The notes under the pieces: model-generated
What the model was told of the DNA's origin: nothing
What the model saw: the letters and a program-made list of their open reading frames with translations, nothing else
Database searches by the model: none
Shown: positions 63,745 through 64,000 of the stretch, piece by piece
Layout of the letters: each line of letters starts with the position of its first letter
Numbering within the stretch: the stretch's first letter is position 1
Assembly (NCBI GenBank): GCA_947625765.1
Contig: CANQPP010000001.1
Coordinates: 7,763 to 71,762, forward strand
Length of the DNA stretch: 64,000 nt
Source of the DNA: an uncultured Clostridia bacterium
GTDB taxonomy: Bacteria; Bacillota; Clostridia; Christensenellales; UBA1750
Reading direction: 5' to 3'
Program-made: the position numbers and the translations under genes

Positions 63745-64000
63745 TCAGTCCGCCTTGGTGCGCGGACTACCGCAACTCATTGGCCCCTCCGGGCACGGCC
63801 CAGCCACGCACGGCGCGCCTGCATTAGCGAACAGACGGGGAGCTACCTGCTTGCACTGTTTAAGCATCTCGTCGGCAACAGCGCGAATCTCCCATTGTGC
63901 CCGGTTACAGCACCGCAGACGGAAGAAATTATGCAGGGAGCGCACATTCATCGTGACGATGAGCTGTGTAGAGCAGGCGTTAGGAAGAACATACCTGGAA
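63745..64000 (-). CDS. thyX: flavin-dependent thymidylate synthase ThyX, C-terminal part (5' end outside window)
   Basis: The frame stays open to the window edge: ...[48 protein letters not shown]... The window begins at the S-x-R-Y end of the ThyX signature. The N.R.L.HF..LR....AQ.EIR segment is typical of ThyX. Confidence 0.7.
   Translation of the reverse strand, partial: SRYVLPNACSTQLIVTMNVRSLHNFFRLRCCNRAQWEIRAVADEMLKQCKQVAPRLFANAGAPCVAGPCPEGPMSCGSPRTKAD

Larger units (their letters stand above)
56697..64000. mobile_element. left end of a prophage-like integrative element (continues beyond the window)
   Basis: G+C drops abruptly at ~56697. A terminal large serine recombinase is followed by same-strand phage-type genes (dut, PcfJ-like, nrdG, nrdD, nrdH-like, thyX) with tight or overlapping junctions. 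Confidence 0.8.

Noticed and set aside
63745-63951. Stand-alone 68-aa ORF
   Set aside because: The frame remains open upstream to the window edge and reads through the end of the ThyX signature (..SRY). It is therefore the C-terminal part of a truncated-by-window thyX, not a small gene.

Overview
Two parts. (1) 1 to ~56696 is high-GC chromosome of a Clostridia-like Firmicute. It is densely packed with housekeeping genes: ftsY-smc-rnc-acpP-plsX, prs, an Lhr helicase, a GH31/GH42 pair, rsmI, the full rnfCDGEAB operon, proS, melA, cobB, the upp-rpiB-ywlE-like-dut-trkH-trkA string, a sugar ABC transporter, CotF-like spore coat genes, recX-birA-acpS-nnr and a DUF1538/P-II-like locus. Most long ORFs antisense to these genes are GC-driven shadow ORFs. 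(2) ~56697 to 64000 is markedly lower in GC. It is one end of a prophage-like integrative element, bounded by a large serine recombinase whose stop codon lies 12 nt from host sequence. The element appears to split a DUF1538 membrane-protein gene. It carries a dNTP module: partial thyX, an NrdH-like redoxin, nrdD, nrdG, a ferredoxin-thioredoxin-reductase-like mini-protein and dut. Observations I rank highest: (a) a diverged three-fold tandem repeat (186-187 bp period) of the rnc 3' end plus the smc leader, leaving two intact 56-codon mini-ORFs; (b) a ~560 bp non-coding array of 21-23 bp phased A-tract units between rnfB and proS; (c) the gene-splitting integration; (d) a possible phage-encoded ferredoxin to NrdD electron chain; (e) a frame/start anomaly at the nrdD 5' end; (f) a ~280 nt leader with mutually exclusive hairpins upstream of trkA-trkH; (g) a paired palindromic operator around the ABC-transporter promoter. 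No rRNA, tRNA or CRISPR array was recognised. All calls come from reading the sequence and ORF translations only; no database search was run.
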